NCBI GenBank assembly: GCA_016875195.1
Contig: VGRY01000036.1
Coordinates: 8,889-40,888, forward strand
Source of the DNA: Deltaproteobacteria bacterium
GTDB taxonomy: Bacteria > Desulfobacterota > BSN033 > UBA1163
Length of the DNA: 32,000 nt
Direction: 5' to 3'
In this document: in pieces, positions 8,590 to 17,380 of the stretch
Position numbering within the stretch: position 1 is the stretch's first letter
Layout of the letters: each line of letters opens with the position of its first letter
The notes under the pieces: generated by a model
Databases searched by the model: none
The model's input: the letters and a program-made list of their open reading frames with translations, nothing else
Told to the model about the DNA's origin: nothing
Program-made: the position numbers and the translations under genes

Positions 8590-11148
8590 ATGGCTCTGAT
8601 TCACCTCCTCAAAACCATCACCCCTAAGCATCTTGCCCTGAATAAGGGGCGGACATTCCTCTCCATCGTTGGAATCTGCCTCGGTGTCAGTGTCTTTGTC
8701 AGCGTTCAGATGGCCATCCACACTGCCATTGAAGCCTTTAACGACAGCGTGGACCATGTCTCAGGGAAGGCACAACTCCAGGTCACCTCTTCCGGAAGGG
8801 GTTTCCCCGAGGAGTTTTACCTCAAGGTCAAAAAGGTGGCTGGGATCAAGGCCGCCACACCCATCATCCAGTTCATTTCAAAGATCGACCAACCCGTTGG
8901 GGAACCCCTCTACCTTCTCGGGATTGATATCTTCAGCGATCAGCCCTTCAGAGATTATCAGTTTTATGGATCCTCAGAAGAGGATCTCCAGTTTTTGAAA
9001 GACCCCAATGCCATTGCCATCACAGAAAAACTGGCCAACCGGCACAGGATGAAGAAAGGGGATTCATTGCCCATCATCTTCGGCTCAAAGAAGGTCACCC
9101 TCCATATTACACATCTCCTGAAAATGGAAGGACCGGCAAAGTCTCTGGAGGGAAATTTCGGCCTCATGGATATTGCCGCTGCACAGGAGGCGCTTGAGAA
9201 GGTGGGACTCATCGATCGGATCGATCTCCTGGTCGATCCATCGGTCTCTTTCGACGAAGTGGAGAAAGGGTTGAAAAAAGTGATTCCTCCGGGCACCGAA
9301 CTCCGCCGTTCCGATACCCGTAGCGGTCAAATCGAAAAGATGGTCTCCGCTTTTCATCTCAATTTAACTGCCCTCAGTCTCATCTCTCTCGTGGTTGGTA
9401 TGTTTCTAATTTACAACGCCATATCCCTCTCGGTCATTCAGAGAAGACGGGAGATCGGAATCCTCCGGTCCATCGGCGCCACCCGGCAGCAGGTTCTCAG
9501 CCTTTTCTTATGCGAGGCAGGGCTGATCGGAGGGTTAGGAAGTCTCCTCGGGATAGGAGCGGGAATCGGTCTGGCAAAAGTAATGCTCTATTTCGTCTCA
9601 AGAACCATCACCTCGCTCTATATTCTGGTGAGAACAGAAGACTTGATCATCTCCCCTGCCCTTCTCATCGCAGGATGGCTCTTAGGATGTCTCGCTTCGG
9701 TCCTTTCTGCAATCGGTCCTGCAAAAGAGGCTTCGGAGATTTCACCCAAAGAAGCTTTCTCTCTCGGAACGCTTGAAAGAAAGGTTAAGATTCGCCTCCA
9801 ACTCCTCAACCTCATTGGCCTTGGCCTCCTCATCCTCTCGCTGATCTTCGCTCTTCAGAACCCCATTGATCAGAAACCTATCTTCGGTTTCTTGGCTGCC
9901 CTTCTCATCGTCATCGGGATATCTTTTCTGGTCCCTTCTCTCACCCTTCTGTTCAGCCGGTTTCTTTCACCCCTTCTCAATCTTCTGTTCGGCGTGAAGG
10001 GCAATCTTGCCAACCGGTATCTCAGGGACTCCCTGGCAAGAACAATGATCACGATCGCTGCACTGATGACCGCCCTCTCCATGCTTGTCAGCATCTCCAT
10101 CATGATCCTCAGTTTCAGAAAGACAGTCGATCTCTGGGTGGAGCAGTCGCTCAATGGCGATGTCTTCATCTTCCCGGGTTCCTATTCTCTGACAGGCTAC
10201 TCCGCCCTTCTTCCCATCGAGGTTTCAAGGGCACTGCCTTCTCTTCCCGGGGTTAAAGCAGTCGATTCCTTCAGGGCACTGGAGGTTGAATACCAGAGCC
10301 AACCCGCTCTGATCGCCTCTGTCAATGGTGAGGTCTTTCTCGATCTGAAAATAATCCGCTTTACCCACGGAGATTCTAAAACGATTCTGAACCAGTTTGC
10401 CTCAGGCCAATCCATTCTGGTGACAGAAAGTTTTTCGCTCCGGCATCGGGTCGATGCCGGCGACCGGATCAAAATCAACACCCCACAGGGGGGGAGGGAT
10501 TTTTTAATCTCCGGTGTCTTCTACGATTATTCCTCCGACTGGGGAATGATTCTCATGGAAAGGCGCATCTTTCAGCCCCTCTGGAATGATGAAACGTTCC
10601 ATAGCGCGGGAATCTACTTGAATGAAGGGGTTTCTCTTGACTCATTTAAAGAGGTGATCCGCGAAAGATTCTCCAAACCCTATCAACTCTTTGTGGCTTC
10701 TCATCGCGAGTTGCGAAATGAGATCCTCAAGATCTTTGACCAGACCTTCACCATCACCTATGCCCTCGAATTGATCGCCATCTTCGTGGCCATCCTGGGA
10801 ATCATCAACTCTCTCAATGGACTGGTGATCGAAAGGCAGCGTGACATAGGAATCCTCAGATCCATTGGCGGCCTCCGGAGCCAGATCCATAAGACCATCC
10901 TGATCGAGGCGGGGTTGATCGGTTTCTTCAGCATCCTCTTTGGCCTTATCTGCGGTTTTCTCCTCTCCATCCTCCTCATCTATGTGATCAACAAACAATC
11001 GTTTGGCTGGACCATCCAGTTCACCATCCCTGTGATGAGGCTGGTCGAGTTCTGGGTGATGGTGATGGCAGCTTCACTGATTGCAGGCTTTATCCCTGCC
11101 CGAAGGGCTGCCCGAACAAACCCGGTAGACTCATTGAGGATGGAATAA
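8590..11148 (+). CDS. ABC transporter permease with two FtsX domains (YbbP/AttFG-like)
   Basis: 852 aa. Two repeats of the FtsX pattern (RRREIGILRSIGATRQQV and RQRDIGILRSIGGLRSQI), each followed by 3 TM helices. Large periplasmic inserts. Confidence 0.88.
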   Translation: MALIHLLKTITPKHLALNKGRTFLSIVGICLGVSVFVSVQMAIHTAIEAFNDSVDHVSGKAQLQVTSSGRGFPEEFYLKVKKVAGIKAATPIIQFISKIDQPVGEPLYLLGIDIFSDQPFRDYQFYGSSEEDLQFLKDPNAIAITEKLANRHRMKKGDSLPIIFGSKKVTLHITHLLKMEGPAKSLEGNFGLMDIAAAQEALEKVGLIDRIDLLVDPSVSFDEVEKGLKKVIPPGTELRRSDTRSGQIEKMVSAFHLNLTALSLISLVVGMFLIYNAISLSVIQRRREIGILRSIGATRQQVLSLFLCEAGLIGGLGSLLGIGAGIGLAKVMLYFVSRTITSLYILVRTEDLIISPALLIAGWLLGCLASVLSAIGPAKEASEISPKEAFSLGTLERKVKIRLQLLNLIGLGLLILSLIFALQNPIDQKPIFGFLAALLIVIGISFLVPSLTLLFSRFLSPLLNLLFGVKGNLANRYLRDSLARTMITIAALMTALSMLVSISIMILSFRKTVDLWVEQSLNGDVFIFPGSYSLTGYSALLPIEVSRALPSLPGVKAVDSFRALEVEYQSQPALIASVNGEVFLDLKIIRFTHGDSKTILNQFASGQSILVTESFSLRHRVDAGDRIKINTPQGGRDFLISGVFYDYSSDWGMILMERRIFQPLWNDETFHSAGIYLNEGVSLDSFKEVIRERFSKPYQLFVASHRELRNEILKIFDQTFTITYALELIAIFVAILGIINSLNGLVIERQRDIGILRSIGGLRSQIHKTILIEAGLIGFFSILFGLICGFLLSILLIYVINKQSFGWTIQFTIPVMRLVEFWVMVMAASLIAGFIPARRAARTNPVDSLRME

Positions 11149-11157
11149 AGAGCAGTT

Positions 11158-11335
11158 GTGAGTTATGAATGATAAGTTATGAGTTATGAATTCTGAATTA
11201 AGAAGCGAGGCGAAAATAACCAAATAATCAAATTCCAATGGCTGTTATTAAATGTATTTTTATTTTGGTTATTTGGTCATTGATGATTGGAGCTTATTTG
11301 GAATTTGGGATTTGGTGATTGGAATTTAAATCAAC
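11158..11335. repeat. low-complexity intergenic element: tandem AGTTATGA units plus ccaaat/atttgg palindrome
   Basis: gagttatgaatgataagttatgagttatgaa, followed by aaaataaccaaataatcaaattccaa ... ttttggttatttggtcattgatgattgg ... ttggaatttgggatttggtgattgg. Confidence 0.7.
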
Positions 11336-11358
11336 GCCCTTTTTTTAGAGAGGTAAAC

Positions 11359-12453
11359 ATGGAAGAAAATATCTATCAACAATTAGCGAAACACCTTGCT
11401 TCTTTGGGTATGGGTTATCCTGAAAAAGAGGAACTTCTTGATATCCTCAAGGAGAATTTCACTCCACAGGAAGCAGAGGTAGCTTTAGCTATTCCCACGA
11501 AGACGATCCCTTTTGAGCCCGCCCCCGTGTCAAAGATCGCGCCCCATCTGAACATCCCGCAGGATCAATTGGACCAGATTCTATCCAATTTAGCTCAGCG
11601 GGGACTTCTTTATTCCAAACGGTTGCAGAATGGGGAAATGGGGTATGCCCTTCAGCAATTCGGGTATGGTTTTCCCCAGACCTTTTTCTGGCAAGGTCTC
11701 GACGCCCCAAATGCAAAAAGGATGGCGGAACTGATCAGCAAATATGCCCGCAATGAGGAACTCCGGAAAGCCTATGGAGAGACCGAGACAAAGGCATTTC
11801 GTTATGTCCCTGCAACCCCATCCTTTGAACCCGAAAGCCATGCGGTATTCCCATTCGAGATGATGGAAGAGTTGATTAAGAAGGTCCGCAAAATCGCCCT
11901 GGTCAACTGCCCTTGCCGGGCAACCGCCCAGTTGCTGGGGAAGAGACAATGTAACCACTCCCTCGAGAACTGTATCAAGTATGATGAGCTGGCAGAATAT
12001 CTGATTGAGAAAGGGATTGGAAAAGAGATTACCAAACAGGAGGCCCTCGATATTATCAGGAAAGCAGAAGAAGCAGGCCTGGTTCACATGGTTGACAATG
12101 CCCGTGAAGGGATCAAACATACGTGCAACTGCTGCGGGTGTTGTTGCTGGTCCGTAGGGACGATCCGAAGAAAGAAAATTCCGAGGGATGTCCTGATGGC
12201 CACCTACTTTCTCAGGGATACGGATCAGGAACTGTGCACAGGGTGCGGGGCGTGCGTGGATATTTGCCCGGTCAAAGTGATCCGGATGGAAGGTGATTTC
12301 CCGGTCGTCGATCAGCAGTGGTGTATCGGTTGCGGGGTCTGTGCGGTCCCCTGCTCCTTCGGGGCGGCAAAACTGGTAAGAAAGTCTGATGCCATCCCTC
12401 CAAAGGATTTCAAGGAATTGCACCAGCAAATTCTAAGAGAAAGAAAATCCTAA
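11359..12453 (+). CDS. 4Fe-4S dicluster domain protein, unknown function
   Basis: Start moved to ATG 11359 (RBS AGAGG); the listed 11287 start lies in the repeat. Cys clusters CPCR..C, CNCCGCCCW, CTGCGACVDICP, CIGCGVCAVPC. Confidence 0.8.
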   Translation: MEENIYQQLAKHLASLGMGYPEKEELLDILKENFTPQEAEVALAIPTKTIPFEPAPVSKIAPHLNIPQDQLDQILSNLAQRGLLYSKRLQNGEMGYALQQFGYGFPQTFFWQGLDAPNAKRMAELISKYARNEELRKAYGETETKAFRYVPATPSFEPESHAVFPFEMMEELIKKVRKIALVNCPCRATAQLLGKRQCNHSLENCIKYDELAEYLIEKGIGKEITKQEALDIIRKAEEAGLVHMVDNAREGIKHTCNCCGCCCWSVGTIRRKKIPRDVLMATYFLRDTDQELCTGCGACVDICPVKVIRMEGDFPVVDQQWCIGCGVCAVPCSFGAAKLVRKSDAIPPKDFKELHQQILRERKS

Positions 12454-12793
12454 GTGATCAAAATTGGGTCCCGGCAATCACTAAGATTTGGGTATTAAAT
12501 CGATGGGTTGCCTTGGTCCGACCCACAATTCTCATCCTCCTATTTGAGTTTAGATGCTGTGGACGATACATATCTGATTAAAAGGTCCACTTAGATATGT
12601 CCCCCGAGTGTAATTCTTCCGGGCAAAATTTCTTGACAGACTATCCTCTTTGTTATATACCCGACTTATCACAAATCATTTCCGAACCTCAATAGGGCCA
12701 CAAAAAAACTAAGGGTTCAGCGGTTTTTCCCAAAGGAATTTCTCTGGCCACCCACTTGGTCTGTTCGGCGATCGGCGGGAAAGGAGACGGCAT

Positions 12794-13603
12794 ATGCCAA
12801 ACGATTTTATCGGAAATCTTCCGGAGGAAAGACTTTTTGACCTCGTAAAATCCCTGGTGTGCGGAAAGAAGTCCGGTATGGTGATCATCAGGGGAAAGGC
12901 CAAGGCGGAGCTCTATTTAGAGGGAGGCAGCATCGTCCACGCCAAAAACGACAACGTGGTTGGAGAAGAAGCACTCAATGCCATCATGGATATTGATGAC
13001 GGCCGAGTCACATTCAACTGGCAGTTGTCGCCGGAGGAAAGAACCGTGTCCACGCCTACTGATCGATTGATGTCCAATTGGGCTCATCGGGAAGGGAAAT
13101 GGGTGGAGGTTAAGAAGGTGGTGACTTCTTCCGACGGGATGTTTTCAATAGTTGTGGACAACGGTGGGGCCGATAGGACCATTCTGGCCAAACAGTGGGG
13201 CGTGCTCGCACTATGCAACGGAACACGCTCTGTCTCCGATATTGCCGACCTGCTTGGGCGGAGCGTGCTCGACGTATCGATCACAATTTGCGAGATGGTT
13301 GGCATGGGTTTACTTGAGAAAGCAGAAGGCACCGAAACTCCAGAAGCTCAGCTGGGGGGGAATGTGGACGAGACCTTCTTCGTGACCGTAGAGACAGAGC
13401 TCAAGAAGGTGCTGGGTCCGATTGCGCGGGTCATCATGAACGATACGCTGGCGGCGTTTGAGGAATCTCGGGATGCGTTCCCCAAACGCCGTGTGATGAG
13501 TTTCATAAGGACGGTAAGTGATCAAATTGCAGAGGAACAGAAGCGCGATCAGTTTGACAAGGCCATGTATTTTGCCTGGCTTCCCGTAATCGAAAACGTT
13601 TGA
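12794..13603 (+). CDS. DUF4388 (PATAN)-domain protein
   Basis: 269 aa. RBS AAAGGAGA. N-terminal pattern LFDLVKSLVCGKKSGMVIIRG..AELYLEGGSIVHA...GEEALNAIM is typical of DUF4388. Confidence 0.7.
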   Translation: MPNDFIGNLPEERLFDLVKSLVCGKKSGMVIIRGKAKAELYLEGGSIVHAKNDNVVGEEALNAIMDIDDGRVTFNWQLSPEERTVSTPTDRLMSNWAHREGKWVEVKKVVTSSDGMFSIVVDNGGADRTILAKQWGVLALCNGTRSVSDIADLLGRSVLDVSITICEMVGMGLLEKAEGTETPEAQLGGNVDETFFVTVETELKKVLGPIARVIMNDTLAAFEESRDAFPKRRVMSFIRTVSDQIAEEQKRDQFDKAMYFAWLPVIENV

Positions 13604-13629
13604 ATCGTTGGGAATAGGAGGATCTGTCC

Positions 13630-14637
13630 ATGATAGATAAACAGAAACAGAGGTCAGGTTTTTTCCACAGGATGAAGACATCACTCAGGCAGCGAATGAA
13701 CCAGCTGGGGTTACAGGAGAAGCTCATGATTGGAATCTTCGTCCCCATCCTTGTCGCCTTCCTTATCATCACTGCTTTGCTCTTCGTAAGCGTGGGGCCA
13801 TTTGTCAGCATCAGGGCTCTCGGGTCAGACAGTTTGAAGGAACTGGGCTCAGCGAGCGTGAGAGAATCTGCCGCTTCTCTCAACAAACTGGGGGAACAGA
13901 TTATTCAGGCAAGAGCTGAGAGCGTGGCCAAGCAGATCGAAATCTACCTCGAACTGTCCCCTGGCCTGACGGGTGCTTCCCTGATCAACGATCCGCGCCT
14001 CAAAGAGATCGCGGTTCAGAGAGTGGGGGAAACTGGGTATACCGCAGTTCATAACGACAAGGGCATCAATTATTTTCATGTCAACCCAAAGATCGTGGGG
14101 ACCGATTTGCACGGCCTCGCCAACAAACTGCCAGACTTTGTGAAGGTCCTTGACGCGGGGCTGCGCAAGCCAGCCGGCGGCTACTACGACTGGACGGACG
14201 TCGACGGGAAGGTGCGCCCGAAGTATATGTTCAGCGTCCCGGTGGAAGGGACGAACTTAGTCGTGGCCGCTACCACTTACATCGACGAATTCGGGAAACC
14301 AGCAGGTACGATCCTGAGCAAGGTAGGCCAGATGCAGGAGGCGTATTCAACGCGTTACAGAAACCGGTTCTTGCTTTTCCTGGTCATCGTGCTTGCCAAC
14401 CTTGGCGCGCTTCTCAGCGTCATTTACGCATATTCATCCTCGGCCATTAGGCCGATCCGCCTTCTGTCGGACGTGGCCGACCGAATCAGCATGGGCGATC
14501 TCGATGTGACCGTCAATGTGGAAGGAGAAGTTGAGGTTGCCAGGCTGGCCCGGTCGATCGAAAGGATGAGGACAAGCATGAAGACCGCCATAGAGCGGTT
14601 CGAGGGCACAAGAAGACATGTTGTCGTGCGTGAATAA
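13630..14637 (+). CDS. membrane sensor-like protein: TM, periplasmic Cache-like region, TM, HAMP, with no output domain
   Basis: 335 aa. RBS AGGAGG. Two TM helices flank about 200 aa. HAMP-like IRPIRLLSDVADRISMGDLDVTV...VARLARSIERMRTSM is followed by about 20 aa and the stop. Confidence 0.7.
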   Translation: MIDKQKQRSGFFHRMKTSLRQRMNQLGLQEKLMIGIFVPILVAFLIITALLFVSVGPFVSIRALGSDSLKELGSASVRESAASLNKLGEQIIQARAESVAKQIEIYLELSPGLTGASLINDPRLKEIAVQRVGETGYTAVHNDKGINYFHVNPKIVGTDLHGLANKLPDFVKVLDAGLRKPAGGYYDWTDVDGKVRPKYMFSVPVEGTNLVVAATTYIDEFGKPAGTILSKVGQMQEAYSTRYRNRFLLFLVIVLANLGALLSVIYAYSSSAIRPIRLLSDVADRISMGDLDVTVNVEGEVEVARLARSIERMRTSMKTAIERFEGTRRHVVVRE

Positions 14638-14650
14638 AAGGAGGAACGTT

Positions 14651-15283
14651 ATGAAATGGTGTAACGTGCCAGTGCGAGCTATATCCTTATTCAGTCTGGT
14701 CGTCCTCCTGTTTTTACCGTGCAACAGGGTTTTTGGTCAGGGCACCCCAACGGGAACTCCGGATGCCCGGCAGGAGTCCGTGACCACAACGGACCAGACA
14801 CCGCCCCTTCCCGTAGCACAGCCTGAGGTCATCCCGGAGTATATCCTGACCATCGGAAGGACAGGAAATGGATTTGGAAAGGTAACGAATTCGCCCGCGG
14901 GAATCCGTTTCAAAAAGGGGACGTCTGTGACGATTGATGCGCTTCCCGAGGTCAATTCGATTTTCACGGGCTGGAGCGGAAGCTGTTCAGGATCCTCGCG
15001 GACCTGTTTGGTCACGATGACGGCGGACAAGACGGTCACTGCCTCGTTCTCGCTGAAAACTTATACGATACGTGTCCCCTTTCCCGTGAACGGGGTCATC
15101 CATCCTTCAGGGACGATCAAAGCCTTCCACGGCGAGAAGAGGAGGTTCCAGATTATCCCACTTCCTGGGTACCGTGTTTCCGAAGTCCTGGTAGACAAGG
15201 TGTCGGTGGGCGCGCTGAACTCTTACACGCTCAACAATATCACAAGTGATCACGTAGTAGAAGCGATCTTTACAAAGGAATAA
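14651..15283 (+). CDS. secreted protein with InlB-B-repeat-like (bacterial repeat) domain
   Basis: Start moved to ATG 14651 (RBS AAGGAGGA). Signal peptide. YILTIGRTGNGFGKVTNSPAGI...FTGWSGSCSGSSRTCLVTMTADKTVTASF is the characteristic repeat. Confidence 0.7.
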   Translation: MKWCNVPVRAISLFSLVVLLFLPCNRVFGQGTPTGTPDARQESVTTTDQTPPLPVAQPEVIPEYILTIGRTGNGFGKVTNSPAGIRFKKGTSVTIDALPEVNSIFTGWSGSCSGSSRTCLVTMTADKTVTASFSLKTYTIRVPFPVNGVIHPSGTIKAFHGEKRRFQIIPLPGYRVSEVLVDKVSVGALNSYTLNNITSDHVVEAIFTKE

Positions 15284-15458
15284 GAAAACCTGACTGTTAA
15301 CGGCAGTGTCAAATCTATGGCTATGGGTAGAGTAGAGTACGGTCAGGCAACGGAAACACGGTATTTCTTTTTTCCTCCCTGACCACAATTTTTCTTGTGC
15401 ACTTTAATGGTTTTTCAAATAGTTTATCCTCTTGAACAAACTTTTCAACTTTAATGAT

Positions 15459-15545
15459 CCCGCCAACCACAAGGTACTTAACGCCGTGTGAGTTCAGCAG
15501 TCTCAAGAAATCTTTGAAGTCTGGATGTAGTTCTATCTGTGCCAT
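15459..15545 (-). pseudogene. truncated nucleotidyltransferase-like gene remnant (cassette C10)
   Basis: MAQIELHPDFKDFLRLLNSHGVKYLVVGG matches the N-terminus of a small nucleotidyltransferase-like family. The similarity stops after VVGG (about 15459) and the rest of the ORF is low-quality sequence. Confidence 0.45.
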
Positions 15546-15687
15546 AAACCATCCTTCGATATATCTCGATTGCATTCAAGCGGTCAGCCTTTCCACGGGA
15601 CAGCCAATATTGTTCTTCTTCCGTAAATTCATCAAGGGAAGAGACAGTAAGTCGCGTTTTATCCAGACGAGGCATCTCAGTATCCAT
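15478..15687 (-). CDS. small conserved hypothetical protein (cassette C10)
   Basis: 69 aa. RBS GAGAGGAA. The pattern LDKTRLTVSSLDE..EEQYWLS....RLNAIE..R...YG....TSRLQRFLE recalls a widespread 60-70 aa family. Its 3' end overlaps the NTase-like frame. Confidence 0.5.
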   Translation of the reverse strand: MDTEMPRLDKTRLTVSSLDEFTEEEQYWLSRGKADRLNAIEIYRRMVYGTDRTTSRLQRFLETAELTRR

Positions 15688-15712
15688 ATCTCTTTATTCC
15701 TCTCATTTTTCC

Positions 15713-15775
15713 CATAACGGATAGGCTCACCGGGAGCCGGATTTCTTAGCGATCCAGTGGTACCGCTTGTTAAGC
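15713..15775 (-). other. attC site of cassette C9 (63 bp)
   Basis: CATAAC-GGATA-GGCTCAC ... GTGGTACC-GCTT-GTTAAGC. R/L box layout with 5-nt spacers. Related to the attCs at 16377 and 19782 (shared GGGAGCCGGATTT core). Confidence 0.75.
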
Positions 15776-16054
15776 CCTCCTTTTCTCTATTAAATACCCC
15801 GACACATATTTATGAATGATGCTGGATATCAGCGTTTGGTAAGGAATCCCCTCTTGAGCAGCAATAACCTGTACTTGATCCAAATCTCTTGATGCCATTC
15901 GAATATTTATTCTCTTGTCTTTTTGCAGTGTATTCCTTGCATACTCTCGAAGTTTTCTAATTTCTGCCCTTGGATTCTTAATAGATTTCCATTCCCCACG
16001 TTCGTATGACTCTAATATATCTTTTTCTTCCTCATCTAACATTGTCTTTTTCAT
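15770..16054 (-). CDS. brnA: BrnA-like (CopG/RHH) antitoxin
   Basis: 94 aa. INIRMASRDLDQVQVIAAQEGIPYQTLISSIIHKYVSG is the typical BrnA C-terminal motif. Lies 1 nt downstream of brnT. Confidence 0.75.
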   Translation of the reverse strand: MKKTMLDEEEKDILESYERGEWKSIKNPRAEIRKLREYARNTLQKDKRINIRMASRDLDQVQVIAAQEGIPYQTLISSIIHKYVSGYLIEKRRA

Positions 16055-16055
16055 T

Positions 16056-16328
16056 TTATTTCCTCACATATTTGTTGGTGGCTTTTCTACTTGGGATGAT
16101 AGTCTTCAAAAATATCTCATCCCCTTCTTGCATATAAGGAACGAGATAGGCATAATCACCAATCTTCACTGTTGCGATTTTTTGCCCTGGATACTTATCT
16201 TGATTTGGGTGGTTAACTATTTCGAGAACGTCTTCCCGTTCCAGCAAGATAACGACTTCTTCAAAACATACTGCTCTGTTTTCCTTCAACCATTCATTCT
16301 TCGCGTTATCCCATTGAAAGACCTTCAT
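16056..16328 (-). CDS. brnT: BrnT-like (DUF497) toxin
   Basis: 90 aa. FQWDNAKNEWLKENRAVCFEEV ... FLKTIIPSRKATNKY matches the BrnT/DUF497 pattern. Confidence 0.7.
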   Translation of the reverse strand: MKVFQWDNAKNEWLKENRAVCFEEVVILLEREDVLEIVNHPNQDKYPGQKIATVKIGDYAYLVPYMQEGDEIFLKTIIPSRKATNKYVRK

Positions 16329-16334
16329 ATGAAG

Positions 16335-16363
16335 AAATTACGACATTGTGTGCCTTTTGTCAA
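16335..16363 (-). promoter_or_regulatory. cassette-internal sigma-70 promoter for brnTA
   Basis: Minus strand TTGACA (16363-16358), 17-nt spacer, TAATTT (16340-16335). The -10 ends 6 nt before the brnT ATG and there is no SD, implying a leaderless or near-leaderless mRNA. Confidence 0.55.
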
Positions 16364-16376
16364 TATGTTTTTTGTG

Positions 16377-16440
16377 GCTTAACACTACGGCTCACCGGTT
16401 GCGGGTTTATTGGCAATCTGGTGGAGCCGCTTGCTAGGGC
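16377..16440 (-). other. attC site of cassette C8 (64 bp), degenerate core
   Basis: GCTTAAC-ACTAC-GGCTCAC ... GTGGAGCC-GCTT-GCTAGGG. The right-hand core reads GcT instead of GTT. Extra G in the right L box (GT[G]GAGCC). Confidence 0.7.
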
Positions 16441-16629
16441 TTATTTTATTGGGTCAATTCCAAGGTCTTTGCATATCTTTCTAGCAAGACCTTCATCGAT
16501 CTCTGTGTGGCGTGGTACGGATGAGCGTTTGTTCAGGCTTCGATTTCCCCACCATGAATGCCGGGAGCCTTCTCTGATGAATTCGCAGCCATGTGCTCGA
16601 AGGTGTTTGAGAAGTTCAGTTCTCTTCAT
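16441..16629 (-). CDS. hicA: HicA-family toxin
   Basis: 62 aa. LLKHLRAHGCEFIREGSRHSWWGN...SSVPRHTEIDEGLARKICKDLGI is the classic HicA pattern. Confidence 0.85.
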   Translation of the reverse strand: MKRTELLKHLRAHGCEFIREGSRHSWWGNRSLNKRSSVPRHTEIDEGLARKICKDLGIDPIK

Positions 16630-16844
16630 GCAGGTACGGCTATCTTCTCTTCAGCGTATTCCGCCCCAGCGGAGGCGATTGCATCTTGGCGATTAAATTC
16701 AATTGCTTCCTTCAAGGTTATCCGCAAGGTTTCGACCAATTCCTGACGGGTACGTTCCTGGCAGTTTACACCTGGAACCTCCTCTATCCACCCTATCCAC
16801 CAATCGCTTTCTTGTTTTATTATTGCGGTATATTCTGTGGCCAT
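16626..16844 (-). CDS. hicB: HicB-family antitoxin (short UPF0150 type)
   Basis: 72 aa. YTAIIKQESDWWIGWIEEVPGVNCQERTRQELVETLRITLKEAIE. RBS AAAGGAGAA. 4-nt overlap with hicA. Confidence 0.8.
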   Translation of the reverse strand: MATEYTAIIKQESDWWIGWIEEVPGVNCQERTRQELVETLRITLKEAIEFNRQDAIASAGAEYAEEKIAVPA

Positions 16845-16865
16845 AGATTGTTCTCCTTTGATTCC

Positions 16866-16893
16866 ATTATAACGGATATTCAGAAATGTTGAA
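16866..16893 (-). promoter_or_regulatory. cassette-internal sigma-70 promoter for hicBA
   Basis: Minus strand TTCAAC (16893-16888), 16-nt spacer, perfect TATAAT (16871-16866), then RBS and the ATG at 16844. Confidence 0.55.
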
Positions 16894-16910
16894 ATATATT
16901 CTTATTCATG

Positions 16911-16999
16911 CCCCAACGATAGAAATAAGGCGCGGGGGCAACCACCCCAACAAAAGGCGACGGGGCCTATCCCCCGTCGCCTTGATTGATTGGTTATGC
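16911..16999 (-). other. attC site of cassette C7 (89 bp) with internal GC-rich hairpin
   Basis: CCCCAAC-GATAG-AAATAAGGCG ... CGCCTT[G]ATTGATTG-GTTATGC. Inner 12-bp stem AAGGCGACGGGG (16954-16965) / CCCCGTCGCCTT (16972-16983). Close relative of the attC at 18578. Confidence 0.8.
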
Positions 17000-17380
17000 G
17001 ATGTTTTCCCTTGTTTTGTTCTCTGGTGAGATCCTTAGAATCAGCAGATGTAAAGCAATAAAGACCATTAATCCGATAAACGATGAACCGAGTAAGAGTG
17101 CCAGACGCTGGACGTTTAGATCTGCTTTCACAACAACGAGGGGTATCATAAAGAACCAGACGATTGTGCCAGAGAACCAATAGACTACGATCCGTTTCCA
17201 TTTTTTCTTTACGTCTTCTAATTCCGTAATATGAGCTGCCGGAATAGTAAATGCAATCACGAATGACAAGGCATCGACCAAATGCACTCGCATTGGAGCG
17301 CCGGACAGTATCAGCGATAAACCAAAGAAGCCTATCGAAAGAGCTACTGATGAGGTAATATGTCTTTTCATTTTTTGCAT
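16994..17380 (-). CDS. small integral membrane protein (about 4 TM), unknown function (cassette C7)
   Basis: The frame of listed ORF 16994..17407 has strongly hydrophobic segments. The start is trimmed to ATG 17380 because upstream codons lie in the neighbouring cassette's attC. No obvious SD. Confidence 0.55.
   Translation of the reverse strand: MQKMKRHITSSVALSIGFFGLSLILSGAPMRVHLVDALSFVIAFTIPAAHITELEDVKKKWKRIVVYWFSGTIVWFFMIPLVVVKADLNVQRLALLLGSSFIGLMVFIALHLLILRISPENKTRENIA

Noticed and set aside
11590-12429. 279-aa minus-strand ORF
   Set aside because: It lies entirely antisense to the 4Fe-4S protein gene, whose Cys-cluster motifs are unambiguous. The composition is typical of a shadow ORF.
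15296-15327. Possible terminal attC (GTTAAC ... GCTATGG)
   Set aside because: It is only about 32 bp, with no complementary L boxes or arms. Longer alternatives starting at 15229 show no stem. It is treated as coincidence or erosion.
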